A DNA stretch of 59,477 bases, filler included. It is 7 parts of 7 records of this genome, joined end to end, with 100 filler letters (N's around TTAATTAATTAA, not from the genome) between each part and the next. Parts side by side here need not be neighbours in the genome. Positions count along the whole stretch, not along the records: positions 1 to 12,047 come from SRR31156797_25270; positions 12,148 to 20,157 come from SRR31156797_25283; 5 more parts are not named here. One strand, written 5' to 3'. Under the pieces are notes generated by a model, which saw only the letters and a list, made by a program, of their open reading frames with translations, made no database searches and was not told the DNA's origin. A program made the position numbers and the translations under genes. Numbering within the stretch: the stretch's first letter is position 1; each line of letters begins with the position of its first letter. Below are positions 9,564 through 19,394 of the stretch, piece after piece.

Positions 9564-9596
9564 TTAAACTTTAAAAGTATATAAAGTTTAAGTCAA
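9564..9596 (-). promoter_or_regulatory. sigma70 promoter overlapped by a palindromic operator
   Basis: Minus strand TTGACT-N17-TAAAGT; inverted repeat TTAAACTTTA-N8-TAAAGTTTAA at 9564-9591. Confidence 0.6.
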
Positions 9597-9637
9597 CGGG
9601 GTTTGCCAAATTGATGTGCTACTTTAGCGATTAGATA

Positions 9638-10498
9638 TTACCCTCCTACAACTGCCTCCACCCCGGCAACAATATCAAGTAACTCACCTGTAATATTCCC
9701 CTGCCGGGTGGTGCGGTATTCGGATTCTAGGACCTCGACATGTTCGATGATATTCTTCTCGGCTACCTGCATTGCGGCAAGGCGAGAACTGTTCTCGGCG
9801 GCTAAAGATTGAACAATTCCGCCGTATACGGAGATATACAGGTATTCCCTGAATAAACTTGAGAATAAATGTTGAACCGGGACATTAGTCATGGGTAGGG
9901 ATTTTCCATTCCATTTCGTGCTTCCGCTGCGCTTATGGAGTGGTAATATATGACGAAACGCAACCTTAGCCCCGTCGCTGACATGCAGGTTATTTACTAT
10001 GGTGAAATGGTTCATCCCGCGCTTGATACGCCACTCTTCCAAGTGCTGCTCTATGTCATCAACAATGGTATCAACTCCACGCAAGCTACCCGGCACCCGA
10101 AAATTCAAATCTACCTCGACGCCAGAATCCTCCAGCGCACCACGCACCCGCTCCCCGCAGGTCCAGCAGACTACCTTGTGACCTGCGCCATGAAGTTCAT
10201 CTACGACCTTTACTGTTTCGGCCCGTGCCAGCTCATTAAACTGTCCGCACATGCCCTGATCAGAACCGATAGCCAGCACCACGGCGACACCATCCCTTGG
10301 GCCATGAGGCAAGATTCCGGCATTGCGGAAAAAGACAGTCCAGCCCTGTTCGATGACCTCAGCATACTCACCGACTCCCTTAGCCGCATTCTCAAAATGG
10401 CGGATATTAACCGCAGCAAGGGCCTTCATGGTCTTGACCACCGAAAGCAAATCGCCCGTGGTCGCAATCTTTTTGCGCACGGCCTCAAGCTGCTGCAT
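9638..10498 (-). CDS. atpG: ATP synthase gamma subunit, N-ATPase type
   Basis: [52 protein letters not shown] before ATG 10498. Confidence 0.95.
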   Translation of the reverse strand: MQQLEAVRKKIATTGDLLSVVKTMKALAAVNIRHFENAAKGVGEYAEVIEQGWTVFFRNAGILPHGPRDGVAVVLAIGSDQGMCGQFNELARAETVKVVDELHGAGHKVVCWTCGERVRGALEDSGVEVDLNFRVPGSLRGVDTIVDDIEQHLEEWRIKRGMNHFTIVNNLHVSDGAKVAFRHILPLHKRSGSTKWNGKSLPMTNVPVQHLFSSLFREYLYISVYGGIVQSLAAENSSRLAAMQVAEKNIIEHVEVLESEYRTTRQGNITGELLDIVAGVEAVVGG

Positions 10499-12011
10499 TC
10501 GCCTCCCTCCACTTCTGCATATGATGAGTGACCGCCTTTTCAAGCTCGGCCCAGATTTCATCCTTAGGTTCGGCCTGCGCCAGACGGCCCATAGATTCAA
10601 AGCTCTCTTCCATGCGAGTCAGCAAATATTCTTGCACTGCAGCTATGCGCTCCAGCGGGATATCATCCAGCAATCCAAGCGAAACCGTCCAGAGAATAAC
10701 CACCTGCTGGGCAGCGCTGAGCGGCGAAAAACGATCCTGTTTGAGCAATTCACGCACTCTCATTCCATGTTCAATACGGTTGCGGGTATCCTGATCCAGC
10801 CTTGTGCCGAACCTTGCGAACGCCTCCAATTCCTGAAACTGAGAGTAGGTCAACCGCAAATCGCCGGAAACCTTGCGATAAGCCTTGGGTTGTGCACGCC
10901 CACCCACACGGGAAACCGACTTACCTACATCAATTGCCGGGAGCATACCCTTCTGGAACAGTACCGGAGAAAGATAGATCTGTCCGTCGGTAATGGAAAT
11001 GAGGTTGGTGGGAATGTAGGCCGAAATGTTCTGAGCCTCGGTTTCCACTATGGGCAGTGCGGTTAATGTACCGCCGCCGTGTTCCGGCTTAAGCCTTGTG
11101 GACCGTTCCAGAAGTCTTGAGTGGATATAAAAGATATCGCCCGGAAAAGCTTCACGCCCCGGCGGACGACGCATAAGCAAGCTGAGCTGACGGTAGGCCT
11201 GAGCATGGCGGGTCAGGTCATCGTAGACAATGAGTACATCCTTACCCTGCTCCATGAAATATTCAGCCATACTCGTTGCCGCATAGGGCGCGATGTACTG
11301 CATACCCGAAGGCGCATCGCCCTCGACCACAACCACGAAAGTATGATCCATGGCCCCATGGTTACGCAAAGTATCAATGACTCGTGCCACCGAAGTACTG
11401 CGCTGACCGATGGCACAATAAACGCACACAACTTCACCCTGTTTCTGGTTCAGGATTATATCGAGAGCAATGGCGGTTTTCCCGGTCTGACGGTCGCCAA
11501 GTATCAATTCACGCTGACCGCGCCCGATGGGTATCAATGTATCAATGACCTTGATCCCACTCGCCATGGGAGTATCAACAGGAGCGCGCATCAGGATAGG
11601 TGGAGCTTCCGATTCCACCACACGGGTCTCGAATGTTTCCGGAGCAGGTCCGCCATCAAGAGGATTCCCCAACGGGTCCACAATGCGCCCGATCAGCGCA
11701 TCCCCCACCGGAACACTCAGCACCGTGCCGGACGGAACAGCCTCATCCCCGGCTTTAAGACCTGTATTGTCACCCAGCAATGCGATGCCGATCGAATCCG
11801 GCAGCAGATCAAGGGCCATACCCGGAACATCATTACCTAAAGTGATCAACTCTTCCGAGCGCACCGAGCCTAATCCCTGCACCTGCGCCACGCCACGAGC
11901 CACGGATAAAACCCGGCCAACTTCACGCGAGTCCGGGCTGTATTCCATCTTCTCGCGGCCCTTTTCATGAGCATTCAAGGCCTGATTTATATTTTTTTCT
12001 AGGAATGACAT
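10485..12011 (-). CDS. atpA: ATP synthase alpha subunit, N-ATPase type
   Basis: GDRQTGKT Walker [25 protein letters not shown]. Confidence 0.97.
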   Translation of the reverse strand: MSFLEKNINQALNAHEKGREKMEYSPDSREVGRVLSVARGVAQVQGLGSVRSEELITLGNDVPGMALDLLPDSIGIALLGDNTGLKAGDEAVPSGTVLSVPVGDALIGRIVDPLGNPLDGGPAPETFETRVVESEAPPILMRAPVDTPMASGIKVIDTLIPIGRGQRELILGDRQTGKTAIALDIILNQKQGEVVCVYCAIGQRSTSVARVIDTLRNHGAMDHTFVVVVEGDAPSGMQYIAPYAATSMAEYFMEQGKDVLIVYDDLTRHAQAYRQLSLLMRRPPGREAFPGDIFYIHSRLLERSTRLKPEHGGGTLTALPIVETEAQNISAYIPTNLISITDGQIYLSPVLFQKGMLPAIDVGKSVSRVGGRAQPKAYRKVSGDLRLTYSQFQELEAFARFGTRLDQDTRNRIEHGMRVRELLKQDRFSPLSAAQQVVILWTVSLGLLDDIPLERIAAVQEYLLTRMEESFESMGRLAQAEPKDEIWAELEKAVTHHMQKWREANAAA

Positions 12012-12047
12012 GTTGTTTGCCTCCGGCGGCTCTCCGAGGGCTTAAAC

Positions 12048-12147
12048 NNNNNNNNNNNNNNNNNNNNNNNNNNNNNNNNNNNNNNNNNNNNTTAATTAAT
12101 TAANNNNNNNNNNNNNNNNNNNNNNNNNNNNNNNNNNNNNNNNNNNN
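12048..12147. other. Artificial contig spacer
   Basis: 44 N + TTAATTAATTAA + 44 N; same spacer at 20158-20257, 25570-25669, 40312-40411, 46544-46643 and 53862-53961. Confidence 0.98.
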
Positions 12148-12148
12148 G

Positions 12149-12355
12149 TTCATCATCAGCCTCAAGGACACCTCCCTCCTGGTGGTGATCGGGGTGGGGG
12201 AACTGACCCGCCAGGGCCAGGAGATCATTGCGGTGAACTTCCGCTCCTTTGAGGTGTGGATGACGGTGGCGCTCATGTATCTTGTCATGACCATGACCAT
12301 TTCAAAATTGCTGCACATGCTGGAAAAACGCCTGCGGATCGACGCCACGTTATAG
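12149..12355 (+). CDS. Polar amino-acid ABC permease, C-terminal fragment (not in the ORF track)
   Basis: Manual translation [45 protein letters not shown]...LEKRL. Confidence 0.88.
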   Translation, partial: FIISLKDTSLLVVIGVGELTRQGQEIIAVNFRSFEVWMTVALMYLVMTMTISKLLHMLEKRLRIDATL

Positions 12356-12424
12356 GAAAGACGGAAAAAACCTGCCCCATGGTAAGGAGAAAGAACATGG
12401 GGGTGGTGGCCCGGGGGAGTTCAG

Positions 12425-12871
12425 CTACCTCCGGGTCCCGGAGATGTTGAAAAGCAGATAACCGTTCTTGAACCGCGGGCCCCCGATGGTGATGCTGCCC
12501 CGGTTTCTCAACAACACTTCCGTGCCAAACACCCTGGCGCCCCCTTTGAAAATCCCGATCCGGTACTTGATCCGCCGGCCCTTAAGATCCAGGGGCACCA
12601 CCTCGAGGATTCTGCCCCCAGGCAGGCGCACCCGGCCCCGGGCGCCCCGGTCAAGATCCATGGCGGTCTGCTTGATAAGCTTGTACGAGGTATATTTAAA
12701 CACGGATTTCAGTTCCGGCCCGAGATCCCCCAGGCCCGGATCCACATGGACACCGTCCGACGAGGCATGGATCACCCGGATACCGGTCCGGACACCGGGG
12801 CCCGCCAGGAGCGCCCCTGGAAACAATAAGACAACAACGAGAATGATTAGGGGGGTCAAGGGTCTGATCAT
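12425..12871 (-). CDS. Secreted hypothetical protein, last gene of the ECF operon
   Basis: Signal peptide; GGAAGGA RBS. Confidence 0.7.
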   Translation of the reverse strand: MIRPLTPLIILVVVLLFPGALLAGPGVRTGIRVIHASSDGVHVDPGLGDLGPELKSVFKYTSYKLIKQTAMDLDRGARGRVRLPGGRILEVVPLDLKGRRIKYRIGIFKGGARVFGTEVLLRNRGSITIGGPRFKNGYLLFNISGTRR

Positions 12872-12887
12872 GGTTTCCTTCCGCGGT

Positions 12888-13370
12888 TCAGCTCTCCGTA
12901 TACCAGATTATCGTATGTTTTGACGCCTGTGTCTCTAAGATCATCACCGATGCAATCTCCCCTTCCACCGAGTTGACAATGGCGCTGGGACCGGCCACCG
13001 TGTCCCCCCGATAATAGACAAGGCTTGCCAGAAGTATTGCAGCAATGGAAGCCAGCTGCAAGACATTTCTTCCGGCTTTCATCAAATCGACCAAGTCTGC
13101 CCACAAAGGCTGCTTTTCCGCCCGGATCCGGGCAAGGATGCGCGCCCCGGACACGCCATGGGAAAGCCCTGAAACGTCCTGGTCCACCCCCTGGCTGAAG
13201 GTGCGGGAAAGCCCTTCCAGATATTCCACCACCGACCGGCAATGGACACAGGTGGTCAGGTGGTTTTCGATGGCGGACACCGTCTCCTGCTTGAGCTCCC
13301 CGTCAACATAGAGTCCCAGGGTTCCGGCATCATACTGTCCGCATGGATGGTTTAGCTTAAACGATTTCAT
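12888..13370 (-). CDS. Zinc-binding anti-sigma factor (zf-HC2)
   Basis: YVDGEL...HLTTCVHC plus one TM; abuts the sigma gene. Confidence 0.88.
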   Translation of the reverse strand: MKSFKLNHPCGQYDAGTLGLYVDGELKQETVSAIENHLTTCVHCRSVVEYLEGLSRTFSQGVDQDVSGLSHGVSGARILARIRAEKQPLWADLVDLMKAGRNVLQLASIAAILLASLVYYRGDTVAGPSAIVNSVEGEIASVMILETQASKHTIIWYTES

Positions 13371-13949
13371 CTATTTCTCCTGCCCCACCGCCTTGGAAAG
13401 ATGCTTCCGCGCCTGGAAGAGCCGTGATTTCACGGTGCCGATCTTTATCCCGAGGACCTGGGCAATCTCTTCATAGGAAAGCCCCTCAAGGGTGTTAAGC
13501 ACAAACACGACCCGGTTTTTCTCGGGCAGCTTTCCTGCGGCCTCCATGATACGGGCCTCAAGTTCCCTGCCCCGGTATTGGGCTTCTGGGGTGTCCACCA
13601 TCTGTTCCGTTGCCTTGACAAAGGCATGGGTGTCAAGGGAACCATGGCCCCACCGGAACCGCCGCTTCCACCGCCGTTTCCAGTTCAGGCTCAGATTGAT
13701 GGTGATCCGCACAAGCCAGGTGGCAAGTCCGGAATCCCCCCGGAAACCGCCGATATTCTTGTACACGCTCACAAACACATCCTGAACGATCTCAAGGCTC
13801 TCCTCCCGCTCCAGAACAATACCATAGGCCACCCGGATCAACCGGTCCCGATAGCGGTGAACAAGAATGCTGAACGCCCGATCCTGCCCGCGCTTCAGCC
13901 CTCTGATCAGCTGTTTTTCATCCGGCTCTCTTGTCGTTGTTCGTTCCAC
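13371..13949 (-). CDS. ECF RNA polymerase sigma factor
   Basis: EIVQDVF, WLVRITIN, EGLSYEEIA, GTVKSRL. Confidence 0.93.
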   Translation of the reverse strand: MERTTTREPDEKQLIRGLKRGQDRAFSILVHRYRDRLIRVAYGIVLEREESLEIVQDVFVSVYKNIGGFRGDSGLATWLVRITINLSLNWKRRWKRRFRWGHGSLDTHAFVKATEQMVDTPEAQYRGRELEARIMEAAGKLPEKNRVVFVLNTLEGLSYEEIAQVLGIKIGTVKSRLFQARKHLSKAVGQEK

Positions 13950-13981
13950 AGCACCCTATCAAAGGGAAACCCGGACCGGAA

Positions 13982-14398
13982 TCAATAGGGCCTCCGCCGC
14001 CGGTCCCGTTCCCGCCGCTTTTCCCAGAAGCCTTCCCTAACGATCACCTTCTCATGCCGGCCCGGCACCCAGTATCCCCTGCGGTTATAGTGCCCGGGAT
14101 TCCAGCGCAGTCCATGGATGGGTTCGACCCACACCCATTTGGCCCGGCCATGGCGGCGGTGCCTGGAATGCCAGTTACGGTGCTTGTTACGGTACCGGTA
14201 ATGTTTCCGTTTTTTTACCACACAGACATCCGCATCCCCGCGGATCCCATCGGCAATGGCAGCACCGAGGATCACGGCACCGGTGCCGATGACGATCCCC
14301 TCAACCAGGTGCCGGTCCCTTGACCCTGCATGGCCCGGCGCCACAACGACCGAGAGTAAAATTCCTGTGACAAGTGTCATGGCAATCCGTTTTTTCAT
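13982..14398 (-). CDS. Secreted Arg/His/Trp-rich protein with glycine zipper and WxxGxW-like repeats
   Basis: Signal peptide, GIVIGTGAVILGAAI, WNPGHY, WVPGRH, REGFW; GGAGG RBS. Confidence 0.72.
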   Translation of the reverse strand: MKKRIAMTLVTGILLSVVVAPGHAGSRDRHLVEGIVIGTGAVILGAAIADGIRGDADVCVVKKRKHYRYRNKHRNWHSRHRRHGRAKWVWVEPIHGLRWNPGHYNRRGYWVPGRHEKVIVREGFWEKRRERDRRRRPY

Positions 14399-14459
14399 TG
14401 CACACCTCCATTCATACCCGATTTAAAAACCATTGCAATCATCTTGTGTCTCTATGGGG

Positions 14460-14487
14460 TATGACACCGGAGATCAGGAATTGTTCA
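14460..14487 (-). promoter_or_regulatory. Putative ECF-type promoter
   Basis: Minus strand GAAC-N17-GTCATA upstream of the ECF operon. Confidence 0.55.
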
Positions 14488-14746
14488 AAAAAAAGTGTCC
14501 CTTGATCTGCCGTAAAGAAGAACCGTTACAAATAAAACCGCGACAATCAAAGGGCGGATCTTCCCAAGGGCCGAAATGCCCACGAATTCACAGCATTTCA
14601 CATGGAGTTCCTGTTTGATGAACCGCTCCTGGCCCTCCTCCGTTCGGAAATCACACCCTGTCAGCTGGAAGCAATTGCACGATCCAAACTCGTTTTCAAA
14701 CCGGGTCTTGAGTACCTCAACAGCGCCATAGGACTTTCCCCCCTTT
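14485..14746 (-). pseudogene. C-terminal remnant of a C-GCAxxG-C-C family protein
   Basis: RFENEFGSCNCFQLTGCD...KCCEFV present; the N-terminal half with the CGA motif is missing. Confidence 0.6.
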
Positions 14747-15178
14747 TCAACGGGAAGGCGGTCCGACGATCTTTTCGAGCAGATGGATAAAGGTTTCCCG
14801 TTCAGAGAGATCAAGCTTTTCCCGAATAAGCGCGATCATTTTATTCTCGGAAAGGGTTCGGGAGCGGGCGATATTTTTGCCTTTGTCGGTGAGTTCTATG
14901 AAAAAGATCCTGCCGTCATCGGGGGACCGAAGCTTGGTGACACATTCAAGCTTGATCAGCTTGTTCACGATCTCCGTTACCGACGGCTTGGTGATCCCCA
15001 GCATTTCCGCCATCCGGCTGGCGGTGAGATTGTCCTGCTCATCAATGAGTTTCAGATAATGGATCTGGTTGACCTGGAGCCTGTCCATCCCCAACTGCCG
15101 GGAAATCTCCAGGCTGAAGGCTGAAGAAGCCCCATAAAATGCCTTTACGGTTTGATGCAAACGGTCATTATCTGTCAT
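14747..15178 (-). CDS. MarR-family regulator
   Basis: AEMLGITKPSVTEIVNKL, DDGR..IELTDKG. Confidence 0.9.
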   Translation of the reverse strand: MTDNDRLHQTVKAFYGASSAFSLEISRQLGMDRLQVNQIHYLKLIDEQDNLTASRMAEMLGITKPSVTEIVNKLIKLECVTKLRSPDDGRIFFIELTDKGKNIARSRTLSENKMIALIREKLDLSERETFIHLLEKIVGPPSR

Positions 15179-15199
15179 CTCATTCCCCCTGTATTATTT

Positions 15200-15237
15200 G
15201 TTAGGTTCAAACTAACCAGTTGAAAAAGGTTTGTCAA
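15200..15237 (-). promoter_or_regulatory. Putative MarR operator and -35 box
   Basis: GTTAG-N7-CTAAC at 15200-15216; minus-strand TTGACA at 15237-15232. Confidence 0.55.
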
Positions 15238-15396
15238 CCCCCCTGCTCCTTGATATAGTATTGGAACATACTCCTTATTTCATCCCGCACTGCTTCAGGG
15301 GCTAGAATCGAGCGTCATTTCCATCCCCCCCTGTATCCACCCTTTGTGGATCCGATCACTAAGTTTATCCAGGACCCATAAGAATGGAGGTCTGTC

Positions 15397-16332
15397 ATGA
15401 ATCATACCAAAAGAATCCTGGTGACCGTGGATGCATCCGCCCACTCCCTTGAGGCGGTGCACTATGCGGGCGAATTTTTCTCGCCCGAGAACACTGAAAT
15501 CCAACTTTTCCATGTGGACACCCACATCCCGGAATCGTTCTGGGACATGAACCTGGGATCGGGGTTCCAGAGACGGATGGCCTCGGTCAAATCATGGACC
15601 CTGGAGACCCAGCGGGCCATGAAGGAGCAGATGGAGAACGCCAGAATGATCCTCCTGGACCAGGGATTTCCCTACAAGGCGGTCACCATCAAGCAGAAGG
15701 ACTCGGACAAGGGGGTGGCAAGGGATATCATCGAAGAGTCCAAAAAAGGGTTTGACGCCGTTGTTGCCGGCCGCACCGGCATCAGCCGGGTCAAGGACCT
15801 GCTCATGGGGAACATCGCCACAAAACTGGTGGGCAAGATCGTCGGGATTCCCCTGATCATCGTGGGGGCCTATACCAACCCCAGGAAGGTGCTGATCGCC
15901 TTTGACGGGTCAGAGAGTGCCACAAGGGCGGTGGAGTGCATCAGCACCATGATGGTCAAAGACGCAAGCAGCGTCAAAATCTGCTATGTGATCCGGACCA
16001 TCTCCGACCTTTACAGGAGCGCACCGGCCGATATCAAGGTGGTGGAAGAGGATATGTTCAAAAAAACCCGGGGGGTGGTGGAACCCCTGATCGAAAATGC
16101 CCTTGAAACCCTCATTTCCTCAGGGTTCAAACCCGAGAACGTCTCCCATGAGATCAAGCAGAACGAATACTCCCGGGCCCGGGCCGTTGTGGAGGATGCC
16201 ACCTCCCACCGCTATGGCACCATCGTGGTGGGCCGGCGGGGGCTGAGCCGTGTGGAGGAGTTCTTCATCGGCCGGGTGAGCAAAAAGGTACTCCAGCTGG
16301 GTGTCAACTCCGCCGTGTGGATCGTGAACTAG
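15397..16332 (+). CDS. Tandem universal stress protein
   Basis: Two Usp domains (ILVTVDAS...VVAGRTG; VLIAFDGS...VVGRRG). Confidence 0.9.
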   Translation: MNHTKRILVTVDASAHSLEAVHYAGEFFSPENTEIQLFHVDTHIPESFWDMNLGSGFQRRMASVKSWTLETQRAMKEQMENARMILLDQGFPYKAVTIKQKDSDKGVARDIIEESKKGFDAVVAGRTGISRVKDLLMGNIATKLVGKIVGIPLIIVGAYTNPRKVLIAFDGSESATRAVECISTMMVKDASSVKICYVIRTISDLYRSAPADIKVVEEDMFKKTRGVVEPLIENALETLISSGFKPENVSHEIKQNEYSRARAVVEDATSHRYGTIVVGRRGLSRVEEFFIGRVSKKVLQLGVNSAVWIVN

Positions 16333-17300
16333 GCGTGACGGTCGAGGATTCGCTCAAAGGAGGGGATAAACTCCAGGAGATCCGCAACGATACAGATGTC
16401 CGAATGGTTGAAGATGGCGGCATTGGGATCGGCGTTGACACTGACGATCAATTCTGACCCGGTAATACCGGCAAGGTGCTGGGACGACCCGGAGATGCCG
16501 CAGGCAATGTAGAGCTTTGGGGAGACCCTGGCGCCGGTGATGCCCACCTGGAACCGGTACGCGATCCATCCGTCGTCAACCAACGGACGGGAAGCGCCCA
16601 CCACCGCGTTTGGAAAACGGGCGGCCAAGCGCCCTATGAGATCGAGGTTCTCCCGCTCCCGTATCCCCCTTCCCGCGGCCACGATCACGGCGGCCCGGTC
16701 AAGGTCCTCCCCCCGGGTGGTGACGCTTTTGACGCCCATGGGTTGAATCCCACCGCCCGACACCCGGATCTCCATCCCAATGACCCTGCCCGGACGGGCG
16801 GCGGATTGTTTTTGCGCCCTGAAGGCGCCGGGCTGGACCATGACGATGCAGGGCGCGGTTTCCGGCCTCACAATGGCGTTTTGGGCGCCGTTCATCACCG
16901 GCCGTGAAAAAAGGGGACCGGCGTGATCCAGGAGAATATCGTTGACCCCGGCAATGGCGCCCCCCCCTAACCGGACCCCAAGGCCCGGTGCAAAATCCCT
17001 GCCCGTGGCCGTATGGCCAACAATGATGTACGCGGGCCCCATGGTGGTAAAAAGCTGGTGAAGCGCTTCCTTCCAGGCCTCGCTGTTATAGCCGTCCATG
17101 CCGGTGATGGCAAGGTCGATGGTCTCGACCCCCAAGCCTGCAATCTCCTTTGCCATGGCAGGATCTCCTTTGCCCGGCATCACGGCCACCACCTCCGCCC
17201 GGATATGGTCGGCCAGGATCGTTGCACAGGCCATCAGTTCATGGGTGACGGGAAGAATACCGCCGATGTCATGCTCCACAACCACTGCAACCCGCTTCAC
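16329..17300 (-). CDS. etfA: Electron transfer flavoprotein alpha subunit
   Basis: VAAGRG, GASRP, QVGITG, GISGSSQH. Confidence 0.93.
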   Translation of the reverse strand: MKRVAVVVEHDIGGILPVTHELMACATILADHIRAEVVAVMPGKGDPAMAKEIAGLGVETIDLAITGMDGYNSEAWKEALHQLFTTMGPAYIIVGHTATGRDFAPGLGVRLGGGAIAGVNDILLDHAGPLFSRPVMNGAQNAIVRPETAPCIVMVQPGAFRAQKQSAARPGRVIGMEIRVSGGGIQPMGVKSVTTRGEDLDRAAVIVAAGRGIRERENLDLIGRLAARFPNAVVGASRPLVDDGWIAYRFQVGITGARVSPKLYIACGISGSSQHLAGITGSELIVSVNADPNAAIFNHSDICIVADLLEFIPSFERILDRHA

Positions 17301-18028
17301 AGGATCCCCCTTTCCCTTAACAGGGCGAACAGGGCAAGGGCCTTGTCATCCACTGTTCCCCCGAGCACCCTCCCGGATCGGCTTTTGGGGGGCGCCTCCA
17401 GGCGAACCATGGTCTGGGTGTCGGCCATTCCCCCTGATACGGCAACCGTCCGGATCGTTTTTTTCGACGCCTTGAGCACCCTGGAAAGCGTTGGGTAACG
17501 GGGAGTGTTGATGCCCGCCTGAACCGTGATCAGGGCCGGCAGTCCCATGGAGAGGCACGCCCGCGCCCCCTTTTCCAGCTCCCGCTCCACCGTAAGAAAG
17601 GAAGCGCCCGGAACCAGGGAGGTGGCCACCACGCCGGTGGCACAGGGAAGGCCCAGCAGTTCCGCAAGGATGGGGCCGGTCTGCCCCTCCATCCGGTCCT
17701 GGGACATGATGCCGGTCACCACGAGATCGTAGGCGCAATCCTTGACGGCCCCGGCGATCAGTCCCGCCGTGACCGCCGACGACCCCTCCCGCTCCGTGAC
17801 CAGGTGACAGCCGTTGTCCGCCCCCATGCCAAAGGCCCGCTTCACCACCGCCACGGCCCGTTCCGGCCCCAGGGTGATCACATCCACCGCCCCGTCACGG
17901 CCGGCATCAAGAAACCGCTCCTTGATGCGGATCGCCTCCTCAAGGGCGTACTCGTCAAACCGGTTCATGGCCGGAGTGCGGCCATCCGCGGTTTCACTCA
18001 CCTGTTTGATGCAGACAAGAATCTTCAT
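17297..18028 (-). CDS. etfB: Electron transfer flavoprotein beta subunit
   Basis: MKILVCIKQV, NRFDEYALEEA, MGAD, NTPRYP. Confidence 0.92.
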   Translation of the reverse strand: MKILVCIKQVSETADGRTPAMNRFDEYALEEAIRIKERFLDAGRDGAVDVITLGPERAVAVVKRAFGMGADNGCHLVTEREGSSAVTAGLIAGAVKDCAYDLVVTGIMSQDRMEGQTGPILAELLGLPCATGVVATSLVPGASFLTVERELEKGARACLSMGLPALITVQAGINTPRYPTLSRVLKASKKTIRTVAVSGGMADTQTMVRLEAPPKSRSGRVLGGTVDDKALALFALLRERGIL

Positions 18029-18217
18029 GAAACGGTTATAGACACACAATGGACTCCGGATCAAGAAAAAAAGCGAACGTTCGTTCTATTTATTTCCCAC
18101 CCCATTCCCCAAAAAAATTTGACATTGCTAAGATCGTGCAAAAAATATACATACACGATAGATGGACCCTTATATTAATAGATGAACGCGTCAGACCGCC
18201 ATAAAGGAAATTTTACA

Positions 18218-19387
18218 ATGATCCAGAGCATACTTGATAATGACCTGTACAAATTTACCATGCAACAGGCCGTACATATGCTGTATCCCCGGGTGGATGT
18301 GGAATATGTATTTATCAATCGCTCCCATACGCCCTTTCCCGAAGGGTTTGCAGAAAAGCTGAAGATCGAAGTGGAACAGATGACCCAATTCAGGCTCACC
18401 CCGAAGGAGAAGGCATACCTGGCCCGGACCTGCTACTTCATGACCCCTGTCTACCTCGATTTTCTGGAACACTACACCTTTGATCCCAGCGAGGTCTCCA
18501 TCTCCCAGGACGGCAGCGATCTCGAGGTTACCATCAAGGGTCCCTGGTACCGAACCATCCTCTGGGAAGTGCCCCTCATGGCGATCATCAGCGAGCTCTA
18601 TTTCGTGATGACCAACGCCCGTCCCCTGCCGGACGCGGAGATCAAGGAGATCAACCTCAACAAGGCCAGGATCCTGAGCCAGAACGACATCAAGTTTGCC
18701 GATTTCGGCACCCGGCGCAGGTTCTCATCCTCCGGTCACGAGGGACTGATACGGGACATCATGGCGCTTTCGAACAACACCCTGATCGGCACCAGCAACG
18801 TCAACCTGGCAAGGCAGTTCGATATCAAGCCCATCGGCACCATGGCCCACGAATGGATCATGTTCCACGGGGTGCTCAACGGTTACAGGATGGCCAACCC
18901 CACGGCCGTGGAGTCCTGGGCCGCCGTCTTTCACGGCCACCTGGGCATCGCATTGACCGACACCTACACCACGGAGATTTTTCTTTCCACCTTTGACACC
19001 CTCCACGCCAAGCTGTTCGACGGGGTGCGCCACGACTCCGGCGATCCCATTGCGTTCATAGACCGGATCATCGAGCACTACAAGAAACTCCACGTGGATC
19101 CCATCACCAAGACCATCGTCTTTTCCGACGGCCTGGACATCGAAAAGGCGGTGAACATCCACAAGCACTGCGTCGGCAGGATCCGGGACTCCTACGGTAT
19201 CGGCACCAACCTCACCAACGACGTGGGGGTTACCCCCCTCAACATGGTGATCAAGATGGCAAAGTGCCGGACCGCCCCTGACAAGGAGTGGCACAAGGCG
19301 ATCAAGCTGTCCGACGATGAAGGCAAGCACACCGGGGACAGTGAAGAACTGGCCCATTGCCTCAACGTTCTGCAACGGGGAAGCTGA
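18218..19387 (+). CDS. pncB: Nicotinate phosphoribosyltransferase
   Basis: LDNDLYKFTM, DFGTRRR, GTMAHE, RHDSGDP, GIGTNLT. Confidence 0.95.
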   Translation: MIQSILDNDLYKFTMQQAVHMLYPRVDVEYVFINRSHTPFPEGFAEKLKIEVEQMTQFRLTPKEKAYLARTCYFMTPVYLDFLEHYTFDPSEVSISQDGSDLEVTIKGPWYRTILWEVPLMAIISELYFVMTNARPLPDAEIKEINLNKARILSQNDIKFADFGTRRRFSSSGHEGLIRDIMALSNNTLIGTSNVNLARQFDIKPIGTMAHEWIMFHGVLNGYRMANPTAVESWAAVFHGHLGIALTDTYTTEIFLSTFDTLHAKLFDGVRHDSGDPIAFIDRIIEHYKKLHVDPITKTIVFSDGLDIEKAVNIHKHCVGRIRDSYGIGTNLTNDVGVTPLNMVIKMAKCRTAPDKEWHKAIKLSDDEGKHTGDSEELAHCLNVLQRGS

Positions 19388-19394
19388 TCCCCTT

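Noticed and set aside
12092-12103. Recurrent TTAATTAATTAA as a biological repeat
   Set aside because: Always centred in N runs; an artificial all-frame stop linker
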